Part shown: piece by piece, positions 24,401-36,140 of the stretch
How positions within the stretch are numbered: the stretch's first letter is position 1
Layout: each line of letters starts with the position of its first letter
NCBI GenBank assembly: GCA_016748015.1
Contig: JAAOMT010000664.1
Coordinates: forward strand, 1,183,518 to 1,247,517
Source: Geosiphon pyriformis uo1
Lineage: Eukaryota > Fungi > Glomeromycota
Reading direction: 5' to 3'
Length of the DNA: 64,000 nt
Program-made: the position numbers and the translations under genes
The notes under the pieces: model-generated
Database searches by the model: none
What the model saw: only the letters and a program-made list of their open reading frames with translations
What the model was told of the DNA's origin: nothing

Positions 24401-27400
24401 TGCATTAAAATACCCTTTAAGACTGAGAAGTTATCCCCACAAAAAATGCTAAACTTATTGCAAACAGAAGAAATCCAATTCAAATTTTTTTTTGAAAGAA
24501 TCTTATGAGCAGTTTCAACTAGTGCAATAAAACAAGTATTTGTCAAGATACTATTCTATTTATAAAATTTGGGTATTATAAAAACTCATGCTCTCTTCCA
24601 TAAAAGCAGAACAGCACCCAATCTCAAACACAAATTCAAAAAGTCTAAAAAACTTCTGAGAATGTTATTACCACAATGTTTCCACAATTTATTAGAAATA
24701 CTACTGAGACCAGCAGCTTTTTCATCTGGTAAGTGTTTAACAACTTGAATTAACTCACTAAAACTAATAACATTCATGATATAAAAAAGGTATTGTCATC
24801 TACATGTTGCAAAGAGACATATTGGCAGGTTTAAAGATTAGGCAAAAACCCAGAAATTGAATGCTTTCTAGTCCATTCTTCTATTATAGCATTTATTTTA
24901 GATTTAACTTTGTCAGAATCCAACACCAACTCATTATCAACAATCAAATAGTTAAGGACCACTTTATAAAATAGTTTATCCAAAATACTCTTGATCATAT
25001 GGCCTTTGTTTAAACAAAAATTTTTCATCTTTTTGTCAATAGCACATCTAATAGCAACAGACTAAGCAGTTTTAAATTCATGCATCTTGGAACAATAGTA
25101 ACTTTTCCTAATCCTGAACAAGCAATTAAAAGTGTCTATACTGCTAGTGCTATTATTTAACATGTTCTAAACTTCAAGAGCTCTAATTTTATTAGCAATT
25201 AACTAAGCATTAAGCAGCAAAGCAGTCTTAGAAAAGTCACCAGATTGAAGAAACTTAACCATTTTGGCAATCAGCAATTCTAGCTTAAAAAACTTAGAAG
25301 AATGTTTATTAAAAGAACAATTGATATCATGAAACCAATATTTAGAGAAAATCTTATTAGCCAAATCTATCATCATCTTTTTTAGCAAATTCCATATAGT
25401 CTCAAGATCTTCATTAGTATTTGCAAATGAAAACACACTTAATATAGAAAAAACTTGACAGAAACACACTTTTTGAAATGAGCCCATTTGAGGGCATTTG
25501 CATCAGCAATTTTGAACTTCCAATGATTTTTGTTAGCTTGTTTATACAAACCATTTAAATAAAAATCCAAAAGTTCACCCAAACCAACTGATATCATAAC
25601 AGCTTTGTGATCAGTATTAAAAAAATCAGAAACAAAAACAACCCCATGACCAACAATCACTGATAATAGACACTTATTAACAAAAATATAGTCAATAACT
25701 TTCTTGATTTCTCTTAAATTGCTTTATGTAGAAGCCTTAGCCAAATAATAACCTCTAAACATATTGACCAAATTCAGATCCAAACAGAATCAAAAACTTG
25801 CACTCCTCTTAAAACTATTCTTATTAAAATCTTCACCCAAAACCATAAAAGTACTGGTATTAACTGTCCTTGCAATAAAAGAATTAATCTCAATCACCTA
25901 ACCAAACTTAGTTTTAGTAAAGGCACCAACATACAAACTTAAAACTGTAATCAAAAGCTTGTCTTTGAAAAGAAGCCAAACAAAAATAACATGACTAGAC
26001 ATCTCCTCAACCTTGGAGACATGTCAAACCAAGAAATTGTTCATGATAATTGCCACTTCAACACTAAGAAAACATTTATTCAAACCAAACATAAACACCT
26101 ACATACCATCAAATTTGTTTATAATCTAAGGCCTAATACTAGATTTCAATTTCATTTCTGTGATTATAGAAATCATATTACCAGAGTTTATGTGTCAACA
26201 CACAATATTTTTTTGTTTAGCTAGTACATTGATGCCACAAATATTACACATAACAACTTTTCATATCAAACTATTTATTGAAAAAGAGAAAATACTTGTG
26301 AATCCAATTCAGCACACAATTGATCTAACTTTACCAACACTAAACCAACAGAAGCATTAAGAGCCATTAACTTAGATCCCAAAAAGCCCACCTTGATAGT
26401 TAGCACTTTTAAACTACTCAGACCAAGAACTAAAACATCAGAGACAATAAAGAAAAGAGGCAAAAACACCAGCTTGAGATTATCCAAAATTATTGTCAAA
26501 CCCAAATCTGAGCAGCCATTGGAGTGTCCAAAACTAAGAAGGAAAAAAAAAGATCTTGAGGCATCAATTCAAAATTGTTAAGCTTATGCATAATACCAGA
26601 AACTTGATTAGTTAGAAGTTTCAAGAAACATTCCAAGAAAGCCAAACAAGCACTTAAGAAAAAGGTATTAGCAAAAGTAGAAAGAAGAGTACCACCTAAA
26701 CTTAAAACACCAAAAAGAGAGAAACTGGGACCAGATCCAAAATGAGTGCCACCAGAAAAATCAGCAAGTGAAACCATTTAGGCCCAAGATTTACCACCAA
26801 AGACAGCAGAGTAAGAGATTAGAATACTTTTTTTCTCATATAACTTGGCAAGCTGAAAGCAAACTTCCTTAAAAGCAATCTTTTTATATAATTTCTTAGA
26901 CAATAGTAGCACAGATATATCTGATACATTACATTTAAGAGCTAAATACCCAATATGCCCACATTTCTCACAATAAACCAAATTTATCCTAGTCCAAGAA
27001 AGTTTTATTCTACTGAAAATAGGTTTTATGCAAAAAGCAGATTCCAGATTGTCATTAAAGTTAAAACCAATTACAGTACAATGAATCCTATTATCAGTTT
27101 CCATAAATCTATTTATGATACAAGTTTTCTTACCAGCCTTTTTTAAAAAAGTTCCAAGATTATATGCAGTTGTACCTACTGGCAAAATAAATAAAAGTGC
27201 TTTAAACTGATTTCTAGATGCCCAAATCTCATAATCTCTCACAGCTTTGACTATGTGCACAGAATTTTTTCCAATTAGAAATAACTATTTTGAGGCCAAC
27301 AAATTAGCTTGATCTAATTTGGCAAACTCTACTACAGTCTAATTAATTGAATTTTGATTGACTTAATCTTTTCAAATTTGAATACTGCAGTGATAATTAT

Positions 27401-28240
27401 ATTTTTAGGTGTATTTATGGGAATTTTTTTGATTACTACAGCCTAATCTGATCTCATTTCTTGTCTTCTAAGATTGCTGTTTACATTGATCTCTTTTTCT
27501 CTGACTAATAACATAGTCATTTCTATGCTTTTTTTTGAAGTAAAGGTAGATCTGATAATCTTTTCAAATTTTGAGGAGGTAGTGGCCTCCCCAAAACCAT
27601 TAACAGATGAAAATAATTTCCTAATAAGCTGAGTTTTTGCTGTAACAGATTTGCCATCTACTGCTAAAAAATTAATGTTCAAAGCAAACAATCTTTTAAC
27701 TGATACTTCCACTGGAGTTTTGATAATCTTTAGGTCAATTCACTTTTTGTCTAAAAAAATGGGCAAGCAAGGAAGGAGAACAACTATATCATCATTCATA
27801 TCAAAATTGAGAAAACTAAAGACAATACCAGTATTAATATACTTAGCTTTGAGAGTATTGGCAACTGAATTCAGAAGAGATCCATCATCAATACCAGTCA
27901 TGTCAACACTTTTTTCATTACCAGACAAACTATTTACATCAAAAAACATGTTATTACCAAGTCCAGATTTGTTCAAAGAGATATTTTTTTTATCACCTGA
28001 ATGTTTAATATTCTTAAGCACAACTTTTTTCTTTTGCAAAAAGGAGCCACTAACAGGACCATAAAAGATATTCTTGGGTGCTTTTTTTTTATACATGTTG
28101 CTACCAGAAACAGTCTTCAGATCTATGAAAAAAAAGTTATTAGAAAGAGAAATAGTAAGATAAACTAACAGAAAAAAAATAAAAAAAAACTTCTTTTCAG
28201 AAAAGTACTCTTTGAGAATTTTTTGGATGTAAGAAATTTT
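21455..28240 (-). mobile_element. Degenerate LINE (non-LTR retrotransposon): ORF1 (CCHC) + ORF2 APE-RT-RNaseH-zinc finger
   Basis: ORF1 fragments span 28096-26275 and include CEKCGHIGYLALKC. Endonuclease C-terminal motif IDYIF..TDHKAV (~25600-25700); RT motifs KAAGLSSI, LQNMYKAYN and AGTFVDDTIW (23623-24096); RNase H IYMDNS..TELQAV..YLDSQ (22550-23041); C-terminal CLHC..DHVFTYC. A-rich 3' tail near 21455-21470. Confidence 0.88.
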
Positions 28241-28906
28241 TTTATATTTGTTGTTTAGTCAAATAAATAGTTAATTTTACAATATACATATTAAATAAAA
28301 TTGCTTTTGGTGATTATAGTTTCTGTTAATATTTTTAAATTTTTTTAAAGTAATAATATAATATTCTTCTAAATAATAAGTGATTTTTTTCTATAGTTTT
28401 AATAGGTGTTATTTTTGTAAATTTTTAGAGTGTTTTGTTTTTATAGATTTTATAATTTTATAGAAAGCACCAAATATTATGAGTAAACTTAATAAGATAT
28501 TATGATAATATTTAATGCTTTGAATTTAAGTAAGAAAGCTATAAAGTTTTTTTTTGAATATATAAAAAATATATTAAGATGTATTAGTCTTTAAGAATTT
28601 TTGCTATATATAAATTTACTCATAAAATTATTTGATTATAAGGCACAAAAATACATTTTTGGTAGTTTACAGTATTATTAATAAAAATTTAAGATATTAA
28701 TTAACATAAAATTATCTTTATAATTTCTATTATTAATTAGTATATATTTTTATTTTAATTTATTACTAAAAAAAAACTTTTTTCTCTCCTTTGTCCCAAA
28801 TTTCCAAAAAAAAGTTAGAAATTTTAAAAAAAGTTTTTTTTGTTTTTTACTGTTATATATCTCAATATTTCACAAAAACTTAACCTTTTGTTATTAAATT
28901 GATGAT

Positions 28907-29724
28907 ATTACAGTTCAAGAATTTAATAGGAATTATAAATAATATAAATTAGCCAATTATAAAATAGCACAGCAACAATTTATAAAAAATAATAATTTAC
29001 AAATAACAGCAAGCACTATTGTACAATAGCAGCAAGTACTATTGTACAAAAGCAGCAAGCATTATTTTACAATAGCAGTAAGCATTATTTATAAATAATG
29101 AAAATAGAGTATTACAAGACATTATTTTGTAAAACAATAATTATATATATATATAATAGTTTTTAATGATGAAGAAAAACAGCTTCAACTAGAAGCAATA
29201 AATATCTAAATAAAATCTTATTCAAAAAGAATTAATAAAAAAAAATAATAAATTGAATGAACATCACAATTATGAGATTAACAATAGAATTCACATACTC
29301 TCTCTAACAAATAAAACTATTATTCCATCTTTGAACTCTTTGGAAGAATAATTTCTGATCAAGATTATTTATGTAATTACTAATTAAATTGAAAAAGCTT
29401 TGTTATATACTTAAGGAAATCACGAAAAAGCCATTAACATTCCATGTTTCTAAATTAGAGAAATACATTAGACAATTGCAAAAATAGCCTCAGAGAAAAC
29501 CCCAGACAGTAGGTAGATTTCAGATTAGCCTCTGAGAAAAAGTACACAACATACAAAGACAACTAGAATTAAAGAAAAGACTTACATTACAACATCAAGA
29601 GAAAATTTTCAGTACATCATTATTAATATTCAACACATAAAAATTAAGAAACTCATAAGAAACTAATTGCAATTAAAATGGAAGATCAACAATTAAAATA
29701 TACCAAGAAAACACTCCTGTAATA
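28907..29724 (+). repeat. Solo LTR of another Gypsy-like family
   Basis: Termini TATTACAG...CTGTAATA (decayed TGTTACAG..CTGTAACA) with a 4-bp TSD ATGA/ATAA. Contains internal ~22-bp tandem repeats followed by a (TA)n box. LINE ORF1 rejoins across it. Confidence 0.72.
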
Positions 29725-30619
29725 ATAACTACTATAAGTGGTTTTAGTGCTAAAAAAAAGTCAACCAAAGTTTTGGTTTCTGGTTTGGTCAATGAAAACT
29801 TGTCTTAAAATCAAAAAGCCTTCTTTAAAAATATGAAACATTTAAGTAATAAAAAAAATTTGAGTTTTAGTAAATTTAGTTATGCTCTGGATTAGTTTAT
29901 TAATATGAACATAGATAAAAATACTTCTTTGGTGATTTTTCTTGGTGTAAATACTGACTATGGGTGCTAATAACAAAAGTAAAAAAAATTGAAATCAAAG
30001 ATAAATATTCCTAAAGCTAAGTAGTTCAATACTGACATTATAATTGGCTTTCTAATTGAATCTCTTATTTATAATATGAATAATAATAATAAGATTTCTT
30101 TTTTTTTCATTTCTTTATTTTTTTGAACAGGAAGTAAGTCAATTCTAAAATTGTTAAGACACAAGTGGAAGTGTTAATCAAAAAATCTTTTGTCTTGGAT
30201 ATTAATCTCTCAGCAATAGAAAACAAATCTATAATAGCAAAAACTTAGTACATTAGAAAAAATTTTTCGATAATCAATGGTTTTAAAGGAGCCACTACTT
30301 TCTCAAAATTTGAAAAAATTATTAGATCAACATTTATATTAGAGAAAAACATGAACAAAGCTGTATTATTGGCCAAAAAAAAAAATCAAAATAAACAACA
30401 ATTTTAAGAACAAAAAATTTTTTTAGATTTAACTGTAATGATAAAAAAAATTCTTATGAATATATCAAAAAAAATAATTGTCACTGTTCTCTTTAAGTTT
30501 AGTCAAATAATGTTGATCTAATTACAATTATACAGACTGTAATAAAATTTACCAAATTGAATCAAACAGATTAATTGGCAGCAAGATGGTCATTTTTAAT
30601 TGGAAAAAATTCTGTACAT

Positions 30620-31598
30620 TGTTACCAGAGGTTTTTGGTCTCTTTTCTTAAATGTTGTTTATGTTTGTTTGCTGTGAATTCACGTTTTTTGGATGTGGTT
30701 GAACCTCCAGTAACTGAATTTATCTTCAAATTATCTCCTATAATTTGAATTGCTGGGCTTATAGTGGAATGGCCAATTCCATGCCAGTTACTTGACTGTA
30801 GTTACATTGTAGTAAACGTCAACTTTTTCTCAGGAATTGCTTGTCTGGAAGCTCACTAAAAATGTGTAGTTACTTTGCTGTGAAAGTCAACTCTTTTACA
30901 GGAATCTTGTCTGTAGGCTATCTTAATAATTGTAATAAAAAAAGAACAGAAAAATAAAAGAAATGTAAAAGAAATAGGATTTTATCAAAGGAAACGTTTT
31001 CTATCCAGGTCTAGAGTCACTAACAGTTTACTGAAATTGGTAGCTAATCAATTTCAAAATGTTAGTTGGATTTTGAGGATTTTCTAAGTGCAATAATTAA
31101 AGAATTTGGTTTTTCAAATTATTTGATATTTATTTCTTTTTGTGTGTATAAGAATGGTTCTAAGTGATAAATCTAAAGTAAAATACATTTTCTTGAAAAA
31201 AGAAGCTCTTCTTTTATACAACTTGTCGTAACACTATTTTATGAACTTGAACTTTGCTATTTTCTACAATTTCGCTGAACTAAAGATACATTTCGGTGAA
31301 CTACAAGTTATTTCTGCAAACTATTAGATATTTCAGTGAACTATCAATTATTTTGGCAAATTTCTACAAATTTTGGTGAACTTTTTAAATGTTACATAGT
31401 TTGGGATATTGCATGATTAATCATCACAATTAGGTTATATTTATGTTATGTGCAAATTGGGTTATTAATTAAATGATAATTTCGGACATTCTGCTAATGT
31501 AATAAGTAATAATTTGAATGATAATATATGCTAATTAATGATAGGAATTATAAAAATAATTTCATGCTAAATAATATCTCCAATTTTGTCTGGTAACA
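30620..31598 (-). repeat. 3' LTR of Gy-B copy 1
   Basis: Direct repeat of 39529-40507; TG..CA termini; PPT adjacent. Confidence 0.92.
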
Positions 31599-34500
31599 TA
31601 ACCTCCTTCTCAAGACTGAACTCTGTCAAAGTCTAAGTACTGTCTGTAATTTCCAGATAATAATCCAAAATTATTGAAGAAATTTGGTCTGAAAATTGTT
31701 GAAATTTCAGTTCTGTGAGCTTTCCAATGTATTGAATCTTTAAAGGTTGTAAAATTGGGTTTTGTAGAACGTTTTCACAGGTGTGAAATAGGTCATAAAG
31801 TCTAAGAGCAGCTCTTAGTTTATAGTGGCTGTTTGTAAATCCAGCTGTTGTCTTAAATTCATTGTGGAGTTGTTTCTGAATAGCTTCTTTTGTGAGATTT
31901 GCTGCTGTAAGCTCCAGTTTTTGTTCGTGAAGTGTTTTTCCAATGTAGAAATATCTATATATTGGGGGGTATTTGCTGTTTTCTTCATTAAAACACAGTT
32001 AAAGTTTTTGTTAAATAGTAGCATTTAGTGGAATACTAATAGGGGTGAGCAATAAGTTTTCCCTTAAAACAAGCTTCAAAAGTTCTGGTAAATAAATTCC
32101 AGAATAACTTCTTGTGTTCTTTCTATAAGGGTAATACTTTCATGAATTTGGGGTTAGATTTATAACTATTTTTGTTTGGGTATAATTAATATGTTTTCCA
32201 GTAATAGTAATGGATAATTCGGGTATTGTTTTTAAAGCTAACATTAATTTTTGAGATAACTGTTGAATATTTTGAGAGATAGTCATTATAATGAAATTGG
32301 AAAAATAAAATTGAAATTATTTTTGGTATGTGAGTTTTTTATGTTATTTTTGTTTTTTAGCATGCTTTGTTTTGTTTTTGTTGTGACATTTTTTCTAAAT
32401 TATAAGGGAATAACTATAGTAAAATTGAATTTAAGTGTTCAAGTTGGGGGGTTGTTTAATAACAACTATTGGTTCTAAGTTTTGGAGAATATCTTCAGGA
32501 TTGATTAAAGAAAAATGTATACCAATTTGTGGAATTAATGGTTCAGGATTGTTTCTGGAATTATAGTGTTTCAAATGATCTCCATGTGTAACTTTTGCTA
32601 AGATTTTGTTATCAAGGCTTAGCTTGTATGATCCATTGCCTAGAACTTTATGAATAAAGAATGGCCCATCTCATTTATTTTCAAATTTTCCACTCCATTG
32701 TTTTTCAGCTTTAATTCTGTGTAAGAAAACTTTGTTTCCAACTTTAAATTTATTGGTGACTGGAGACAATTTGTTGTCATGCCATTCTTTTTGTTGAGCT
32801 TGAGAGTGTTCAATATGGGTGGCTGTTATTCATCATTTTTTTTCCAACGTGCTAAGCAGAATGTAGGCTCTTCATTGAAGTGTTTCCTGGAAATTGTTTT
32901 TATCAATTGGTTGTGCTGAGTATATTTCTACTGTGAAACTAATTGGTAACATTGCTGTCCTTCTGTAAGTTAAATCAAATGCTATGTGTTTTGTGGTATC
33001 TTGTTTTAGTGTTTTGTATGCTAGTAACATTAATGGAATAAAGATATCTCATTTTTGCTCAAAATCAGTTGAGACTTTGGCTAATAACTCACACAATGTT
33101 CTGTTAAAATGTTCCACAAGTCCATTTGTCTGTGGATGGTAGGGTGAAGACAGAGGTTTTTTGACATTGAATCGTTCACAGATTTCTTGAATTAGATTGT
33201 TCATGAAATGTGTTCCTTGATTGGATAAAAGTTCAATTGGACATCTATGTCTACAAATAATGTCTTTATAGATGAAATTTGTTACTGATTTTGCATTTGC
33301 TCATTGAATGGCTCTGGCTTCAGGCCATTTAGTGAGATAGTTTACGGCTACTGCAATATAACGGTTTCCTTGGTTTGTGATAGGTAGTGGTCTGACTAAA
33401 TCAATACCAACTCGGTCAAAAGGCTGTCCAACTTTAATTGGGTTTAAAGGTTCTGTAGGGCAAGTTCCTTCTCTTCTTTGACAACTATTACAAGACTTAA
33501 CATATTCATGAATGTTTTTTCTTATTTGAGGCCAAAAGTAATATTCTTGTGTTTTTTGAGTGGTGCTGTCTTTTCCTAGATGTGCTGATGAAAGGTTTGA
33601 GTGCATGTTATATAAAATAGTTTCTTTTTCATGTTCTTGTATTAATTTGAGCAGACTGTCTGGGTTTCTGAAGTTTTGATAATAAATAATATTGTTGTAT
33701 AAGAAGTATTGTTTGGCTTGTTATTGTAACTGACGTTTTTCATCTGGGGACCAATCTGTTGAGATTGTTAATGTTTTCAGATATTGTTTAAGATTGTTGT
33801 AGTTTTTAGGGTTTATTGTTTGTTGATTTGTTGCTGTTAATTTGAATGGGTGTTGGTTCTGTTTTCTAATCTTGCCTCATTCTTAAGAGACAATCAATGT
33901 TGGCATGGAGTTTTTCTGGTTTGTGGTGTACAATATATTGGTAGTTGGCTAAAAATCCTGTCCATCGGGTTTGTTTTGCGTTCAGTTGGGTGTTTTTGTT
34001 CTGAAGCCATTTGAGCCTAATATTATCAGTGATAATATCGAATTTTTTAGGTCTGAGATAAAGATTAAAGTGGTGTAAGGCCCAAATTACAGCTGCTGTT
34101 TCTAGTTCTGTGGCAAGGTAGTTTTTTTTGGCTGGTTTTAATGTTCTGCTAGCATAAGCAATTACTCACTCATTTCCATTGTTATTTAATTGTGATAAGA
34201 TGGCACTAAAGGCAGTGTAAGAAGCATCTGTAGCTAGTCAAAATTGGTTACTGAAGTCTGGATAGGCAAAAATTGGAGCTGTTGTCAGCTTTTCCTTGAG
34301 AATTTCAAAAGCTTTTTGGTGTTTTTTCATCTATTTGTATTTGTCGTTTTTAGTAGTGAACTAGTTGAGGGGTTTTGCAATTTCTGAGAATTCTTTGATG
34401 AATTTTTGGTAATAGGAAGCTAATCCAATAAATCCTCTCAATTCTGTGGTATTTCATGGAGTCTTGAAGTTTTTGACAGTACTGATTTTTCTGGGGTCTG

Positions 34501-35709
34501 GTTTAATTCCATCTTTGCTCATAATGTGGCCAAGAAAGGCCAAACTCGTTTTTCTGAAGTAGCATTTTTCGATGTTCAGTTTCAATCCTGTTTTCTGTAA
34601 TCGTTGAAAAACTTCTTGCAGGTGTTTTAAGTATAATTCAAAAAATGGTGAATAAACATCAGTATTATTGAGATAGACAACTACTGATTTCCAAAGGAGG
34701 TCTTTGTAAACAACATCCATGAGTCTTTAAAATGTTGCTGGTGCATTGCATAATCCAAAAGACATTACGTTGAACTTGTAATTTCCTTCTTGAATGGTGA
34801 ATGTTGTTTTGGAGTGATCTTTGGAATTCATGGCAACTTGCCAGTATTTGCTCTCTAAATTTAATATTAAAAAGTATTTGGACTTTCCAAGGGCATCCAA
34901 CATGTCATCAATTTGGAAAAGAGAGTAGGCATTTCCAATGGTGATGCTGTTAAGCTGTCAATAATCAACACAAAATTGTATCTTTCCATTTTTCTTTTTA
35001 ACTAGGACTACAGGTAAGGCCCATGGATTCATTGATGGTTGAATAAGCCCATTGTTAAGCATCCGTTGTATTTCTTCTCTAATAAATTGGTGGCTTTTTG
35101 GAGCAACTCGGTAGGTTTGTTGTCGTCTTGGTTTGGCATTTTCTGTATAGATTTGGTGTTGAACCAAATTGGTTCTTCCTAAGTCATTGTTGTTTTCAGC
35201 AAAAATATCAGCAAATTCTGCAATTAGCTCTTTGAGCTGGTTCTGTTGTTGTGATTCAAGTTGTCTCATGTTGATTCGAGATAGTTTTTCCATGACAACA
35301 TGGTAGTTTTCAGAGCTGGGGTTTGGGTTAATTTTTGGTAGTGAATGTCCAATGATTTCCAAAAAATTGGAAACTGTTTGGGGTAGTTTTTGTTGAAAGA
35401 TGTTATTGTGAATGACTCCAATTTCTAAGTTATTTAATAAAACTATGAGATAATTGTTGGAATTGTAAAAAGTAACTCGGACTTTCTTTGTTCCTTCTAG
35501 AATATAAATGTTTAGGATCGAGATATTATGTTCCAAGCAGACTTGTTCATTGGATTCAAAAATTTATTGTGTGGTTGTTGGCTTTGGGCAGGTATAGATT
35601 TCTGGATGTTCCCCAAAGAATGAAATAGTAATTGGTTGTGGAAGTCGTAAAATCTGGTGAGATTCACTTTGTTCATTAAGAGCTATGTTTATTGGAACTG
35701 TGAATCGTC

Positions 35710-36140
35710 CAGTTGAACCAAAACCATTGGTTTTTCTTTCACTTTTTCCCAATTGTTCTCTTTAACTGACTAATTGTAAACCTGAAATGTTGATTAAGAG
35801 TAAATAAATAGTTTGAGCAATTTTTTCAGCATGTTCAATCTGAAAAGGTTTATCAGTTTCATTTTGTAATATGATTGTAATGTCTTCTGTATATCCAGCA
35901 TCTATGATTCCTCCTTTAACATTGATTCCTTTGCTTGCCAATGATGATTGTGAAGTGATTTGGACCATTGCTCCTGATGAGATTTCAAGGGCAATTTTGA
36001 GATTAATCTTGGTAAGAGAATTTGGTTGAAAAACCAAAGTGTCTTTTCCTGGATATTGTAGATTGTATCCAGCATCAATTTCATGTGCTTTTTCAGGCTT
36101 TATTTCTTGTTCATTGTTGTTAAAGTATTTGAGCTGTAAA
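35710..36140 (-). pseudogene. dut: Retrotransposon-encoded trimeric dUTPase (degenerate), Gy-B copy 1
   Basis: AHEIDAGYNL (motif I), SQSSLASKG (II), GGIIDAGYTEDI (III), KIAQ (IV), ERKTNGFGSTG (V). Confidence 0.9.

Noticed and set aside
35710-36140. dUTPase as a host gene or a giant-virus insertion
   Set aside because: It is intronless, sits within pol between protease and RT in three LTR-bounded copies, and no other viral genes are present.
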